DNA from: Gracilinanus agilis
Lineage: Eukaryota
DNA length: 64,000 nt
Direction of reading: 5' to 3'
Assembly: GCF_016433145.1 (NCBI RefSeq)
Contig: NC_058135.1
Location: 227,811,352-227,875,351 of the forward strand
Of the stretch, positions 47,596-59,470 are shown in pieces. The notes under the pieces are model-generated. The model saw nothing but the letters and a program-made list of their open reading frames with translations. It ran no database searches and had not been told where the DNA came from. Within the stretch, counting starts at the first letter, position 1. Every line of letters starts with the position of its first letter. A program made the translations under genes and the position numbers.

Positions 47596-50031
47596 TCATA
47601 AGCCAGAATTGAATACTTTCTCATGGAGATAGGAAAGCTTTTCTGAACGTGTCCGTCTGAATAAAGGAAACCATTCCCAGAAGGCCAGCTCCACCACAGT
47701 GTAGCCCATCCTTTTTAGCTGCCTTCTCTTCATGTTATGCAGCCCCAGCAGGTGCCTGGTACCAAAGCAATACTGGTTCCTATTTGTTACCTGAATGGCC
47801 AACTTTGATACTCCTGCCTGTGGACCTGTTAAGGAACACAAGCTGGCCACTTCTGAGGTTCCAACACTGGGCAAACAGCCAGCTAAAGGCAGTAGCTTCT
47901 TCTCTACCGCTCCTGGTTTCTCATTGGCCTCTGCCTTAGCCTGATGATGTCTGTTTGATTTTCCCTTTAACAGCCGAGTCATCAAATCATCTGTAAGACT
48001 AACTCCCATATGTTTCAGGTGAGTGTCAGTCATATCGGTCAGTATGACTTCTTGGTTAAAAGGGAGTGGTTTATTATTGACATCAAGATGAACTTCTAAA
48101 TCAGATGATCGTGTATGAGGCAAAATCATATGATGTTTGATATACTGAGGACCACCTAAAATAATCTGAAGTAAAGAGAAAGCTTCTAGGAATTCTGGTT
48201 TGGAGGTCATATCTTGTCTTGCTAAATTCCAGAGAAGTCCTGCCCCCTCTTGCCGTAGCTCAGCATTAAGACGATTGCCTCTGTAATCTGGGCACTCAAT
48301 CCCCACAGCACCATCAAGCGTGAACAATTCTTTGGTGAGCTCAAACTTACTTCTCTCCTGAGCTAGCCTGACAAATTCTGGACTTAAGGCAAAATTAAGA
48401 AGATCTAGTGGAAAGCGTTCAGCAAATGCCAAGCCTAGCAAACTGGTGAACAAGTGGTCAGGGAACTTTCTGAACTCGGGCATCTTTCTGTGAATCTCAA
48501 CTATCAGACTAGAATAAAATTCTTCTACATTAGGTGGCTCATAATTCAAAGTTCCAAAAGACCACAAAATTTTGGCCACATCTTTGCTCCGACAATATGC
48601 CATCCTGGGAGGCAATGAAGCAGCTACAGCATTCAGGAATCTTTCATCCAGAAAGCGTAAAGCTGAGCAGGCTAGAGTTAAGTGCATGACACCCTGGACC
48701 CCCATAGAAGGGATACGCTGAGGGGCAATCTGTCCAAACTGCTTCATGAAATCTAGGTGATCAACATGAGTAAATCGAAACATTTTAAGTATATTCACTA
48801 GGGCATAGTTGCTCAAATGTTCCATCTGAGCACAAACTTTATCCCCAATTTTGCGCATGACATACTCAGAAAGGCTGCTACTCGATTTGAAGAATCCTAA
48901 ACAGACTGTGCCAGCCTCTTCTAAACTAAGTGAATCCAAATACTTGAGAACCAAAGATTCTAGTTTCTGCATTAAATCCTGGGGCACTTGCCGACCTTCA
49001 CCAATAATATAAATTAAGTGTACCAGCTGGGACAAGGACAGATCTTTCCAATGCAAGTTAAGGTAACTGTAAAATATCTTTAAAAAGCATGGTACATTGT
49101 AGCCTAAGCACCGCCACAGGTCAGCCACCAATAAAAGCTCATTTAGGTTCATATCCCATACCCGACGACAAAATTCTCCTTCATATTTAGCTAGTATTGG
49201 GTGGGAATAAGGAATCCTCAATCGAACAAATGCTTTCAAAATACCTATTAGGTCCAAAGTATCAAAGAGTTTTATGTTATTCAGGCTTAAACGGCACAGT
49301 ATTGTAAACTTGATATTGGACAAGAGTGCAGAATGCTGCTCCAAGGGCAAAGAGCTCAATTTGCCAAAATAGTCAGTGATGGTTTGGGGCTGAAGATTAC
49401 TTCGCAATACTGTCACTTTGTGCAAAATCAGTTCACCCTCTTTAATGGACAGGACCTGCCCAGCCTCAGATGTATTATAACTGTGATGCTGGTACTCAGG
49501 TCTGAGCTTGAGGAAAACTCTAGGGTCTTCGAAGGAGTCAAAAGTTTCTACACCAACTTCTTGATCATCATCTTTCATAACCTCCAGGCTGCCAGGATGT
49601 ACCACACTAGGCTGAGGAACCGAAGGCTCACTGGTCTCCAAATCCAAGAAAGCATTTTTGATCGTTGGCATTATTCGAGAAGAAGGGACACAATAAGTAT
49701 TCTGGATTTGTTTTTCAGTAATGTTGGTACTGTCCTTTTCTGGAGGATCTTGTTCACCATGTCTTGTGCTGCTATCTCTGTTCCTATAGGCCACTCTTTT
49801 AGTACCAGTATAAGCGAAAGGATTGTACAATACTTGGTAACCTGGAGGAGTCAAGAGTTTTAGAGTGGCAGAAGCTTTGGGTTTAACGTTGATCTCTTCA
49901 GGGTTCTGAACACAATCCTGTGGGGTCTGAGTGGGCCATTTGTCCCTGGTTTGGTTCTCAGCTGTGGTTGAGAATGTAGATATCCTGCAGATCTTGCTTG
50001 GAAATCTTCGGCATATTATCACAGTAGCCAT
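47596..50031 (-). CDS. FASTKD5: FAST kinase domain-containing protein 5 (mitochondrial RNA-processing factor), single coding exon, 811 aa
   Basis: Uninterrupted ORF. First ATG at 50031 (gatccATGG); the ORF track start at 50040 is a TTG. Recognisable FASTKD5 motifs include LRPEY..HSYN, YLNLHWKDLSLSQLVHLIY, CRSKDVAKILWSFGTLNY, HHMILPHTRSSDLEV and a C-terminal RAP domain (about 47614-47804, KLAIQVTNRNQYC...KRRQL...YTVVELAFWEW). Acceptor ctacccttttttcag| at 50069, exon starts at 50068. Confidence 0.97.
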   Translation of the reverse strand: MATVIICRRFPSKICRISTFSTTAENQTRDKWPTQTPQDCVQNPEEINVKPKASATLKLLTPPGYQVLYNPFAYTGTKRVAYRNRDSSTRHGEQDPPEKDSTNITEKQIQNTYCVPSSRIMPTIKNAFLDLETSEPSVPQPSVVHPGSLEVMKDDDQEVGVETFDSFEDPRVFLKLRPEYQHHSYNTSEAGQVLSIKEGELILHKVTVLRSNLQPQTITDYFGKLSSLPLEQHSALLSNIKFTILCRLSLNNIKLFDTLDLIGILKAFVRLRIPYSHPILAKYEGEFCRRVWDMNLNELLLVADLWRCLGYNVPCFLKIFYSYLNLHWKDLSLSQLVHLIYIIGEGRQVPQDLMQKLESLVLKYLDSLSLEEAGTVCLGFFKSSSSLSEYVMRKIGDKVCAQMEHLSNYALVNILKMFRFTHVDHLDFMKQFGQIAPQRIPSMGVQGVMHLTLACSALRFLDERFLNAVAASLPPRMAYCRSKDVAKILWSFGTLNYEPPNVEEFYSSLIVEIHRKMPEFRKFPDHLFTSLLGLAFAERFPLDLLNFALSPEFVRLAQERSKFELTKELFTLDGAVGIECPDYRGNRLNAELRQEGAGLLWNLARQDMTSKPEFLEAFSLLQIILGGPQYIKHHMILPHTRSSDLEVHLDVNNKPLPFNQEVILTDMTDTHLKHMGVSLTDDLMTRLLKGKSNRHHQAKAEANEKPGAVEKKLLPLAGCLPSVGTSEVASLCSLTGPQAGVSKLAIQVTNRNQYCFGTRHLLGLHNMKRRQLKRMGYTVVELAFWEWFPLFRRTRSEKLSYLHEKVFNSGL

Positions 50032-53000
50032 GGATCCCAAGTAACTGGGCCAGAATTGGTGTCAGGTACTGAAAAAAGGGTAGATGAAGAATGAGTGGCT
50101 TCCACCTATTGTGGTGGACTTAAAAAAAAAACAAAACACAGAAACCAACCCACAAAAAGTGTTTCAATTACAACAAATCTGGCTGAAAGTAAACCACCAC
50201 CCAATCAATTGGCAATAATGTTAAGTTTTATTTAACTTCTGCACCAGCTTGTAAAAAGGATGACATAAAAATACTCTGTACAAAGTCATGGTAGATCCCA
50301 AAGGAAAATGATAGATGAATTTACAGAAGGAAATTCTGAAGAATTCAGGAAAGGAGATGGAGGGGAAAGAAGAATGGTTCCGACTCTCCTCATTCAAAGA
50401 AAGAAGTAATGTCTGACCAAAACAAAACTTCTTAACTTCAAGCCCAGAGAACAAGTATGAAACCAAACTTCCTCTCAGACATGTGAGAACAAAACAGCTG
50501 CCAATTCCATGTTTGGAAAGATGTAAAAAGGTGCTATTTGGGGATAAAAAAAGTTGTCTCAGGAGCAACACAAACTAGAAAGTAGAATACAGCACAGTAT
50601 TTGACTACCCTACCAATGTGGTAGTCACAGTGCCTTGCACAGGGTAAGTGCTCAATAAATAATAAAGTGCTCACTGACTGACCAGAGATCTCTGTTCTTG
50701 GAAGTCAAGGAGGTCCTTTTCTTTAAGGAAAACAATTTATTCTAGAGGGTCATTGTTCCAACGCTCCAGGATGCTCTTCACCAATCCAGGTGAGCTGTGA
50801 CAGCATCTGAACATCCAATGAGGAAATATGTAACTGTCACCTGGGCTCCAATTCCACTAAGTCACAGGGCACGAGTACTCTCAGTCTTATTTCCCAGAAT
50901 CAAGCTCTGTTCCCAATGGAGAATGTCTGTCACATCTTTGTTTCAAAGAGCAGGGGCTGTTCAGCTATCCCAGTGGAAGAGGTGGAATATGTCTGCTTAC
51001 AGCAAGTCAGATGTCGATCAATTACCACTTTTCCTTAGCATAATTCTCATTCCCAGGAAAACCTGTTGCACTCTAGGCTTTCCTTAAAAGCTCCTCCTCC
51101 TTCTTCTTCCACTGAAGAAACTCTATATGAGAGCCATATGACATCCAGTAGTCAGACAGGCCAAAGCCAAGAAACGAAAGCTATTAAACAGCAAGAAGTA
51201 TTCACCTTAGTGGGGAAGAGTGAATCTGTTATAGACTTAGTGGGAGGGAGGTTGCTTACAAATGACACTCTTTGAAATCTGAAAGTAAAAAGGACCTTGG
51301 TCTGGAATATTCCTCTTTTAAGGGTCATGTACACATGACCCCATAAGTCAGGAGAAGGCAAACTCTTGGCTTTATGCAACAAGTCCCTGCTGGTGTGAGA
51401 CAGTATTACAGGGGATGCAGATTATGGCAGACAATCCTGCTGTTCTATCACTAAAATAGAATTCTTCCCCACAACATTCTTGTTGTACCTATTCTAGATC
51501 CTGGTATTCTTAGTCTGTGCAGAATCTGTGGGAATAGGCATTGTATCCAGGTAAATCTTAAGCACAAATAAGCTACCTATTATTTGGCAAGTTTGAGGTA
51601 TGACATGTCCTAGTTATTCAAATCATCTGAGTTACCACATATACTATACCTAATTTTCAAAAAAATTAGAATATAGCACCCATCACACTAAAATTACATT
51701 GAACATAACTGAATTTTTGATAATGCAAATGGCTCTTGGACCTTGCAATGGCTAAAAAATCCAGGAATACTAAAGATGAACAGAAGGACCACGCAGGAGA
51801 TATCCAGGTGACAGAAGGCCAGAAAACCAACTGTTATTTAACTATCCACACATGACCGCACTTTATTGCTGACCAAATTTATTACAGTGAGATTCTGGAA
51901 GTTGAGTGGCTTCAGGAAAAGCATAGTCACTTTTAGTGGTCAAGAAAACATCCCAGAGAGCAGGATTATCAGAGTTGGAAGGTTTGCTGCTTACCTCAGT
52001 TCTTACTTTCCTGTTAAAAGGCAACACAACATATTAGACAATCAACCAAAGTTAGCTCTTGCCTTATTGTTTCTGAAAAGGTGAAGGGAAGTCTCAAAGC
52101 GTCATATTCTCAGTCTCCAGACCGAATGTTTCACAGTTTAGAAAATAAAAAAAAAGAAAGTTCATGGGCATCTATTTATTTTTAGACACATACAAGAAGA
52201 CAGACTAATTCACAAAACATTTGAAACTTGAATTTCTAGTCATGAAAAATCTGGTGCTTAATAGAATATAATAATTAATAATATAATAATTCAAAATGAG
52301 AGAACATATACTTTGTTCCACAATGCCATATTTACAAAGCAACTTATCAGCAAATGGAAAGGAATATAATAACCCCACAATCTTGCTTCCCTCTTGCCCC
52401 TTTGGATCTCTACCTATACTTTGGGGCATTGCAAAATTTACACCTCTATCATAAAATATTTTCTAATTATTCTATTTTCAATCTTTTCAGTTTCCTTTGA
52501 ATTAAAAAAAAAACAAAACAAAGAAACAAAACATGTACTCTAAATTTTTCTACCACGCAGTCTGGATACTAACGAGTGGTAAAATACACAAGTGTACTGG
52601 CCTGCATCTGTGGATATGTATAGTCAGAAAGATCCAAAAGGATGTATCCTAGCTGATGAAATGTTATGAAATAAGGTATTCAGCAATCCTGCTTGATTTT
52701 CTCTAATCAGAAAAAGGAAGACTGAAATTTAAATTGGTTCTTTATATTTTATTTTTTTTGAGGGAGGGTTTGATCAGATCACTGTAAAGTTACAGTGCCA
52801 TTTTTTTAAAAGCATCAATAAATTATGAATTTTTAAATGCAGTGTGCAGAATGGTACATGAATATGATGAAATATTACTTTTCTATTAGAAACAATGATT
52901 AGGGGGTTGCTAGGTGGCAGTCAGGAGGACCTGGATTCAAATCTAGCCCCATAAACTTCCAAGCTGTGTGATCCTGTGCAAGTCACTTAACTCCAATTGC

Positions 53001-54276
53001 CTAGTCCTTACCACTCCACTATCTAGGAATCAATTCTTAGTATACTTAGTATCAATTCTAAGACAGAAACTAAGGGTGAAAAAAAAGAAAAAAGAAACAT
53101 CGAATAGCAAGGATTCAGAAGCAAAGTTAAGACTTACTATATAATGATGCAGAGAAAACAAGGAAGATTAGGAAAACAATATAGATAATCACGATAAGAG
53201 TATAAGGAAAAAAACAAAAACCAAAACTGAATAGGCTATTTAATTCCAGTGACCAGGCTGGGGGCCCTGAGGAAGAGATGAGAAGATGCATCTCACCCTC
53301 CTTTGTAGAGGTAAGGGACCATGACTGTGGCCTATTTCATCTACTGTCAGATTAGGGTGGTTCATTTTGCTAAACTGTTTTTTTTTTTAATTCTTTGATA
53401 TAAAGGATAGATGGTTTGGGTAGGGAAGGAAGAGTGATTATTTATGAAAATAAAAATAAAATTTTTGATATAAAAGCAATGATATTACTATTTTTTAAAA
53501 TGCAGTGTTGTAAAACTAAATTCAATTCTCCAAGCATGAAATATTGAAGGGAGAGGACAGCAGGACTACCACTTTCCTCATTCTACCCTTTATATCTCTG
53601 TTAATGCCTCCTGAGATCATATTAGATTTTTGGTAGCTAGGTCCAAATGAGCTCAAAGCCCATTAAAAGTGGGGGTTTTTTGCATTAACTTCTATCCAGC
53701 TATTTAAAAAAAGTTTTTTAAGCATAAAAGGGGCAGCTAGGTAGTAGAATAAATAGAGTGCCAGGCCTGAAGTCAGGAGGTTCTGGGTTCAAATATGACC
53801 TCAGACATTTCTTAGCTATGTGACCCTGGGCAAATCACTTAGGCCCAATTGCCTAGTACTTGCTATTCTTCTGCCTTAGAATTGATATTTAATATCAATC
53901 CTAAAACAAACAATAAGGATTTAAAAAACAAAATCTAAGCATAAAGCTTTATATTCAATAAGTTTCACTTTGTTTTGTCTTATAGTTCTAGCATATTGAG
54001 AGATTTTTTTGACCCCACTTTGTCAGGCTTTCCTTCATAGTCTGGTGTTATCAGCAAATCTGATTAACAAGTCATTTATGTCTTTATCCAAATCAATGAT
54101 AAAAGTACTGAATGGAATAGAACTATGGATAGATTCTGAAGCACTCCACTACAGACTTAGACTTTTGTTGATACAGCTCGCCTTTCTGGATCCACATTGG
54201 GAAATATATTGAAAATATATTAACAATTCACATCTATACAGTACTTTAAGATTTCCTCACAAAAACCCTGTAAAGG

Positions 54277-54478
54277 GGGCAGCTGGGTAGCTCAGTGGAT
54301 TGAAAGCCAGGCCTAGAGACAGGAGGTCCTAGGTTCAAATCTGGCCTCAGACACTTCCCAGCTGTGTGACCCTGGGCAAGTCACTTGACCCCCACTGCCT
54401 ACCCTTACCACTCTTCTGCCTTGGAGCCAATACACAGTATTGACTCCAAGATGGAAGGTAAGGGTTTAAAAAAAAAAA
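54277..54478 (+). mobile_element. SINE1_Mdo-type SINE (related older copies at about 35645-35840, 52905-53095, 53730-53930 and 59085-59235)
   Basis: ggggcagctgggtagctcagtggattgaaagcc head, A tail, TSD-like aaaaacc(c)tgt on both sides. Confidence 0.88.
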
Positions 54479-57400
54479 CCTGTGAGATATACAATGGAAA
54501 TAAGATTATCTCTCCTTTATACACAAGGAAATCTAGACCACAAGAAATAAGGTGGTTTGTCTACAGTCTAGGAAATGTCTATCAAGTTCTGAACTCAGAT
54601 CTCCTGACACCTCCAAGTTCTGCTCTCTATCTACTATCTTAAGTTGCCTCTGACAAGGAAACTGGGTTATAATTAACTTAACATTCTGATTCTGCAGTTC
54701 CAATCTTCTGTGAAAGGCTGTCAGGGACACTCCTCTGCACCCAAGCAGGTGGGGGCACTTGACTTTTGTTCTCCATTCTAAACATCTGCTGAGGGGTCTG
54801 ACTTAGACCTTTCTTCTGGACAAGGATACAGTCAGCAAGTTACCGGGGTCTAGAAGGATCTATTTCTAGAGCTACATTTTCAAAATGAATTTGGCTACAA
54901 AGCATTTTAGGAATTGAAATACAGCTAAGGCCCCACCGTTGTTGGTTGGCACAAACTGGTGGTAGGAAATAAAACAGATAATGAGGAGCACTTGGGGTTT
55001 TAAAGCAAAAATAGAAAACTAAATCTATTTTCATACAAAAAATGAGGCATGCATCTTTTAATGAATGCATTACTTATTTTTAATGCATTCAATTTCATAG
55101 TTCATAATCTGGAGGGGGAAAATATTACTTACACCACTATTTTTCTCATTAAACCTATGTTCTCTCTATCAGAAATGCTTTCCTAGAGCAACTAAATGAG
55201 CATTACTTCTTTATGTTTCAGTGGGAAATGCATCCCTATGTCCAGGCTTCTCAATTGTGACCTGAATACTGTTGAAAAAACAGAGGTGAGAAAAGGGAAT
55301 AAGTAGAAGCCAAGCAAGATGTGACAAATGGTTAAGGTGAAACAGTGGAGAAAGAGTATGATGGAGAAGAGACCACAAAAAAAAGAAAATCTCTTGAGCT
55401 GTTTGGTGACAAAAAAATCTCAAGCACAGAACTTTGGAAGCAAAACAATCAGTGCCTTCATTTTTTCCGATCTCTGGAACCTGACATTTGGCTAAGCTTC
55501 ACAGGACCCTCTCACCTTTACCCAACATCTACCTGCACTGCTCACTCAGAACAACTTCCTCAGTCAAAGTTCCCCCCCTCCCCCTTCATTCTACTAATGT
55601 CCATCTCATTCCCTAGGGACCTTTACAAGAGCCATCCTCCAGGATCTGGACATCACACTATTTGGTGAAGTCACTTTGTAAGTCATTTGGGAATATGGTG
55701 ATTTCATGAAAATAAATGCTTCTTCCCTCTCAGCAAGAATGCTGCTAGTCTGAGCAAAGTGTAGCTGCTTCTTTCATACTGTCAAGGAGAAGGCCGGAGT
55801 AGGGCAGGGAGGCAATACTGACTGACTAAACTGCCTATATTACACTATCAATATAGTCACTATATGATCACCAGGAGATCTTAAATTGCTCTAACTCTGG
55901 TATTTGATGTTTCTAGGAGAAAGGCTTGCCTCTCCCCTTACTCAGATGAAAATTATTTAGAGATGCTAAAAGGTTTGGCACTTTACATTTTCCTGAAAAC
56001 AATGAACTAGGAACAGAACCAAAAAAATGGGTCTCTATTTTTGACTCTGCAAGTATTTTATCATGGAATGGTGGGGTCAGATACTAGGTTTTATTTAAGC
56101 TTCTCCAGCTACAATGTTAACCCTACTTTGAATACACACCATGGATACTTAAACAGCAATTGTCTTGGAGAGTCAAACGCCAATGAAGAGAATTTTGGGC
56201 AAGAAATCTTCTCTCCTCCTTGGGCTTCACTGTTGGGCACAGTAAAACACGAACACTTCTGCCTAGAAGGTCAAATTATATAGCCAGGAAGTTTTCCAAA
56301 TTTGTCCAAGCTAATTAGACAATCACCTAAAAAGTTGGGTCAAGCAAAAAAATTGGGCAGCAGGTCCTCTTCTCTCTACTCCCTTTTTGAAGAGTTTAAA
56401 AAATATCTGGACAATAGAAGTTTTCTCTTATGTAAAATGAAGATGATCATTCAAGTTCCTTCTAGCTCTAACATTCTCTGAGTCTATGTGTAAGAATACT
56501 TCATACATCATCTTAATAGAGTGGGACAGGGAGGTCATAATTAAAAGATTTAAGAGTGCCATCTACTTATGCTGCTACAGGTCACTGAAAATTTGGGAAG
56601 CTTGTCCTAACACTAAGAAAATCCCTGGTGAGATCAAAGATATCAGTTATCACTTTTCAAACAGATATTCATTTATTCTTCCCTGATTTTCCAACAGTGA
56701 GGATGTCATTGCAACAACTAGCTCTCTTTTTCCCAGAATGAGCCATTTCAGTTATGGGATCAAGAGCTCTAATATACAAGATTTCTAGCACCACGTTTCC
56801 TTTGATACTAATGTGGTTTAACCTAAAAGCTTGCCATAATTTAATGGACTTACAAAGAAGAAGGGGAAAAAAAAAAGAAACTGATCAGAGGAAGAAAACT
56901 ATGCTGTAAAGGAAATAGAACTGCACTACTCTGAAAAGCTGGCTCATTTACAGTCACATAATATTCCAATTCCATTTTATGGCCACAAGGTGCCAGTAAT
57001 TCTCCTTACTCTCCCTCTTTTTATTCTCTATCTCCTTGCTGTTTACAGTATCATCACCTACATTTTACACAGAGAAAGAGGAACTGAAGGTCTAAGGAAT
57101 TATAAGGGGTTAGGTGGAAGGACAAAAAGAAACTCAGGCAATTAGAGCTTTATATTGTCAGGACCCTTATTCAGAGTCCCATTCAATAGCCCCAATATAC
57201 TTCACTAGTTATTCTAGATTGTTAGTCAACAGCTTTCAGAGCTGGGTGCAAAAATAAATTCACTTGAATCCACTTTAGTGTCCTATCAAAGGATGGGGTG
57301 AGGCATACTTACTTCCCCAAAGAGAGAGGAGAAAATAAATAATAGGGCAGCCCCTACACATAGGCATGGAAAGAACTGCCCAGGAAAGCCAGAACCCATC

Positions 57401-57829
57401 AGAAAGGAGGCTCCATCCCTCACCAGCACTGGTTCTGTGCTCAACCACAGGGAAAAAAACAAAAATCTTGGGAGAATAATGCAGACAGTTCTGCCAAAAA
57501 AGACCAGTATGTCAGATAAGCATGAAAACAGAGAGGAATGGTGAAGAGGTACAAGACATGATTATTCTACCAATTCTCAATTATTCCTATTATCTTTTTG
57601 TTAATTCTGAGATAAAAGGTCATATTGCCCAGCTAGGCTTTCCCCTCCCCTCAATAGGGCACTTGCTTTCTTCTTAGAATGGGATTTTGGGTTTTTAAAA
57701 AGAAAATTCGTCATTTCTACTAACTGTCAAAAGGGCGATGAGACATTAAAGCAACCTCACTCTGAAATTCTGCATCACGTGCCAACTAAGGACCAAGGTT
57801 TTGAGGGAGGGAGGATGGAGGGGAGTGGT

Positions 57830-58740
57830 TCCCTAGGGCCGCGCATAGGCCTGAAGAGGATAACTCAAGGCCAAAACGCCTAGCCAAGCCCGCACCCCAT
57901 TTCCCCAGGGTGCCAAGAAACTGGGCAGCTGCTTATATAAGAAAGCCAAAGGTGCCCCCGGGTGACTGGAGGGGGTTCTAAGACCCGAGCTGGGAGCAGG
58001 GGGAGGGAAGGGAAGTTGTCTCGATGAGCCAGACAATAGAGAAGGAGCCCTTTCCAACTCTGTCCCGGGAGTAGGGATCTCCAAGCCCCACGGTTTCCCG
58101 AGGGATTCTCAAGTTCACGCCCCGCCCACAGTAGCTTAGGTATCTCAGTGCACCGTACCACCTGAGGGAACGCAGGGAATCCCAGCCCCGCAACCCCGCT
58201 TCCCAGAGCCCAGAAACACGGCTGCCTCCATTCGCTACCCAGCGTCGGAATTCCCAAGCCTCGTCCACCGGAGCACCGGGGGCTCAATCTGCGCCGGGCC
58301 CGGGACCACGACGTCACCAGCTCCTACTAGCTCCGTGGCAGTTACAGGCAGCCAAGAGAGAAGGGTGTGCACCTCTCCGGAATCGGCCACGACACGACGT
58401 GACACCGGAGAACGAGGATCTGCCTCCACCTCCCACGCCCTGAGCACTCACCTGGGCCAGGCGGGCCGAAAGGGTCACATCAGTTCCCCGGGCGCGCGGG
58501 CGGGCGGTGGCAGCAATCAGACCTCAGGCGGAGCGGCTCAACCACTTCCGGCCAGGGGCGCCGCTCCACTTCCGCCTGGCGGGCGTTACGGAGGCTACAA
58601 AGGCTCAAATCTGGCCAAATTCTCCTTCGCGTTCTGGATCAATTTCTTTGCCGCTTCCGTTTGCTGCGCCAGAAGGTCCGCGAGGGGTCGTGGCCCTCTG
58701 CATTTTTTTTTTTTTTTATTAATTAAAGCAACGGGACCTA
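57830..58740 (-). promoter_or_regulatory. CpG-island, TATA-less promoter with tandem ETS/GABP-type motifs
   Basis: The only CpG-dense stretch in a CpG-depleted window. CCGGAAGT at 58551-58544 and GCGGAAGT at 58575-58568 (minus), GC-box-like GGGCGG near 58498-58507, CRE-like TGACGTC near 58311-58317. Confidence 0.85.
58452..58545 (-). other. UBOX5: Non-coding exon 1, probably shared by UBOX5 and FASTKD5 (5' boundary approximate)
   Basis: Consensus donor CAG|GTGAGT (intron starts at 58451) inside the only CpG island, just downstream of tandem ETS sites. A shared first exon is known for the human UBOX5/FASTKD5 locus. The TSS cannot be fixed from sequence alone. Confidence 0.75.
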
Positions 58741-58879
58741 GATGCTTAGGTCCAAGTTGGCATTTTGACTAGAAAAGGATGATGCGGCTGTCAAAGTAGG
58801 GCTGGAAGGAGGATGGAGAAGACAGATTTGTATCCACTGAATACTTAGCATTCCATCCATGCAAGGGCAGCCAAAGCTA

Positions 58880-59470
58880 GGAAGAGTAGCTGGATGGCAC
58901 TCAGGCTCCTAAAGACAGGCTCAAACATTGGGCCGAAGCTAATAAATGAAATTCAATAGAGATAATTGCAGTCTTACACTTGCGTTTGTTGTTGTTGTCT
59001 ACTTCCTAAGTACAAAACTGGGGAGGTTTTATTCCCTAGGGAATTCTGCCTGAAAACTATGCTAGGGCAACTAGGTAGCACAGTGGATAGAGCAGGTCTG
59101 GAGTTGGGAGCTCTCCGGTTCAAATGTGGCTTCTGACATTTCTTAGCTGTGTGACCCTGGCCAAGTCACTTAATTTACCTAGCCTCTGCCACTCTTCCTT
59201 CTTTGATACTAAGGCAGAAGGTAAGGATTAAAAACCCCCAACTATCTGATGATGTTAATGCTGTACAAGCTCAAAATGAGACAACACTGTGATATGGCAG
59301 CCCGCTAATGGGATCCCAGATTGGGTTGAGAGGTATCCATAGATAAGGAGGGAAATGTCTTTCTGTATTCTGCACTGGAGAAAACACACCTGGTATTTTC
59401 GGCTTGCTTCTGGGTGCCAGACTTTAGGAAGGTTACTGATAAAATGAAGAACGTCCAGAGGGAGTTAGCT
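58880..59470 (+). mobile_element. CR1/L3 RT 3' fragment interrupted by a SINE
   Basis: atgaaattcaatagagataattgc and ttctgggtgccagactttaggaagg...gtccagagg blocks typical of L3. Confidence 0.6.

Noticed and set aside
49333-49863. 176-aa plus-strand ORF
   Set aside because: Antisense shadow of the FASTKD5 CDS with no recognisable domain.
50032-50040. ORF-track start of FASTKD5 at 50040 (814 aa)
   Set aside because: The codon is TTG. The first ATG is at 50031, giving 811 aa.
57833-58772. Several ORFs of 70-145 aa around the promoter
   Set aside because: Typical stop-poor CpG-island frames, low complexity and no homology recognised.
5341-59235. tRNA-like A/B-box sequences (tagctcagtgg...ggttcaaatc)
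   Set aside because: All are heads of tRNA-derived SINEs followed by CORE and tail. No stand-alone tRNA, rRNA or CRISPR-like array was seen.
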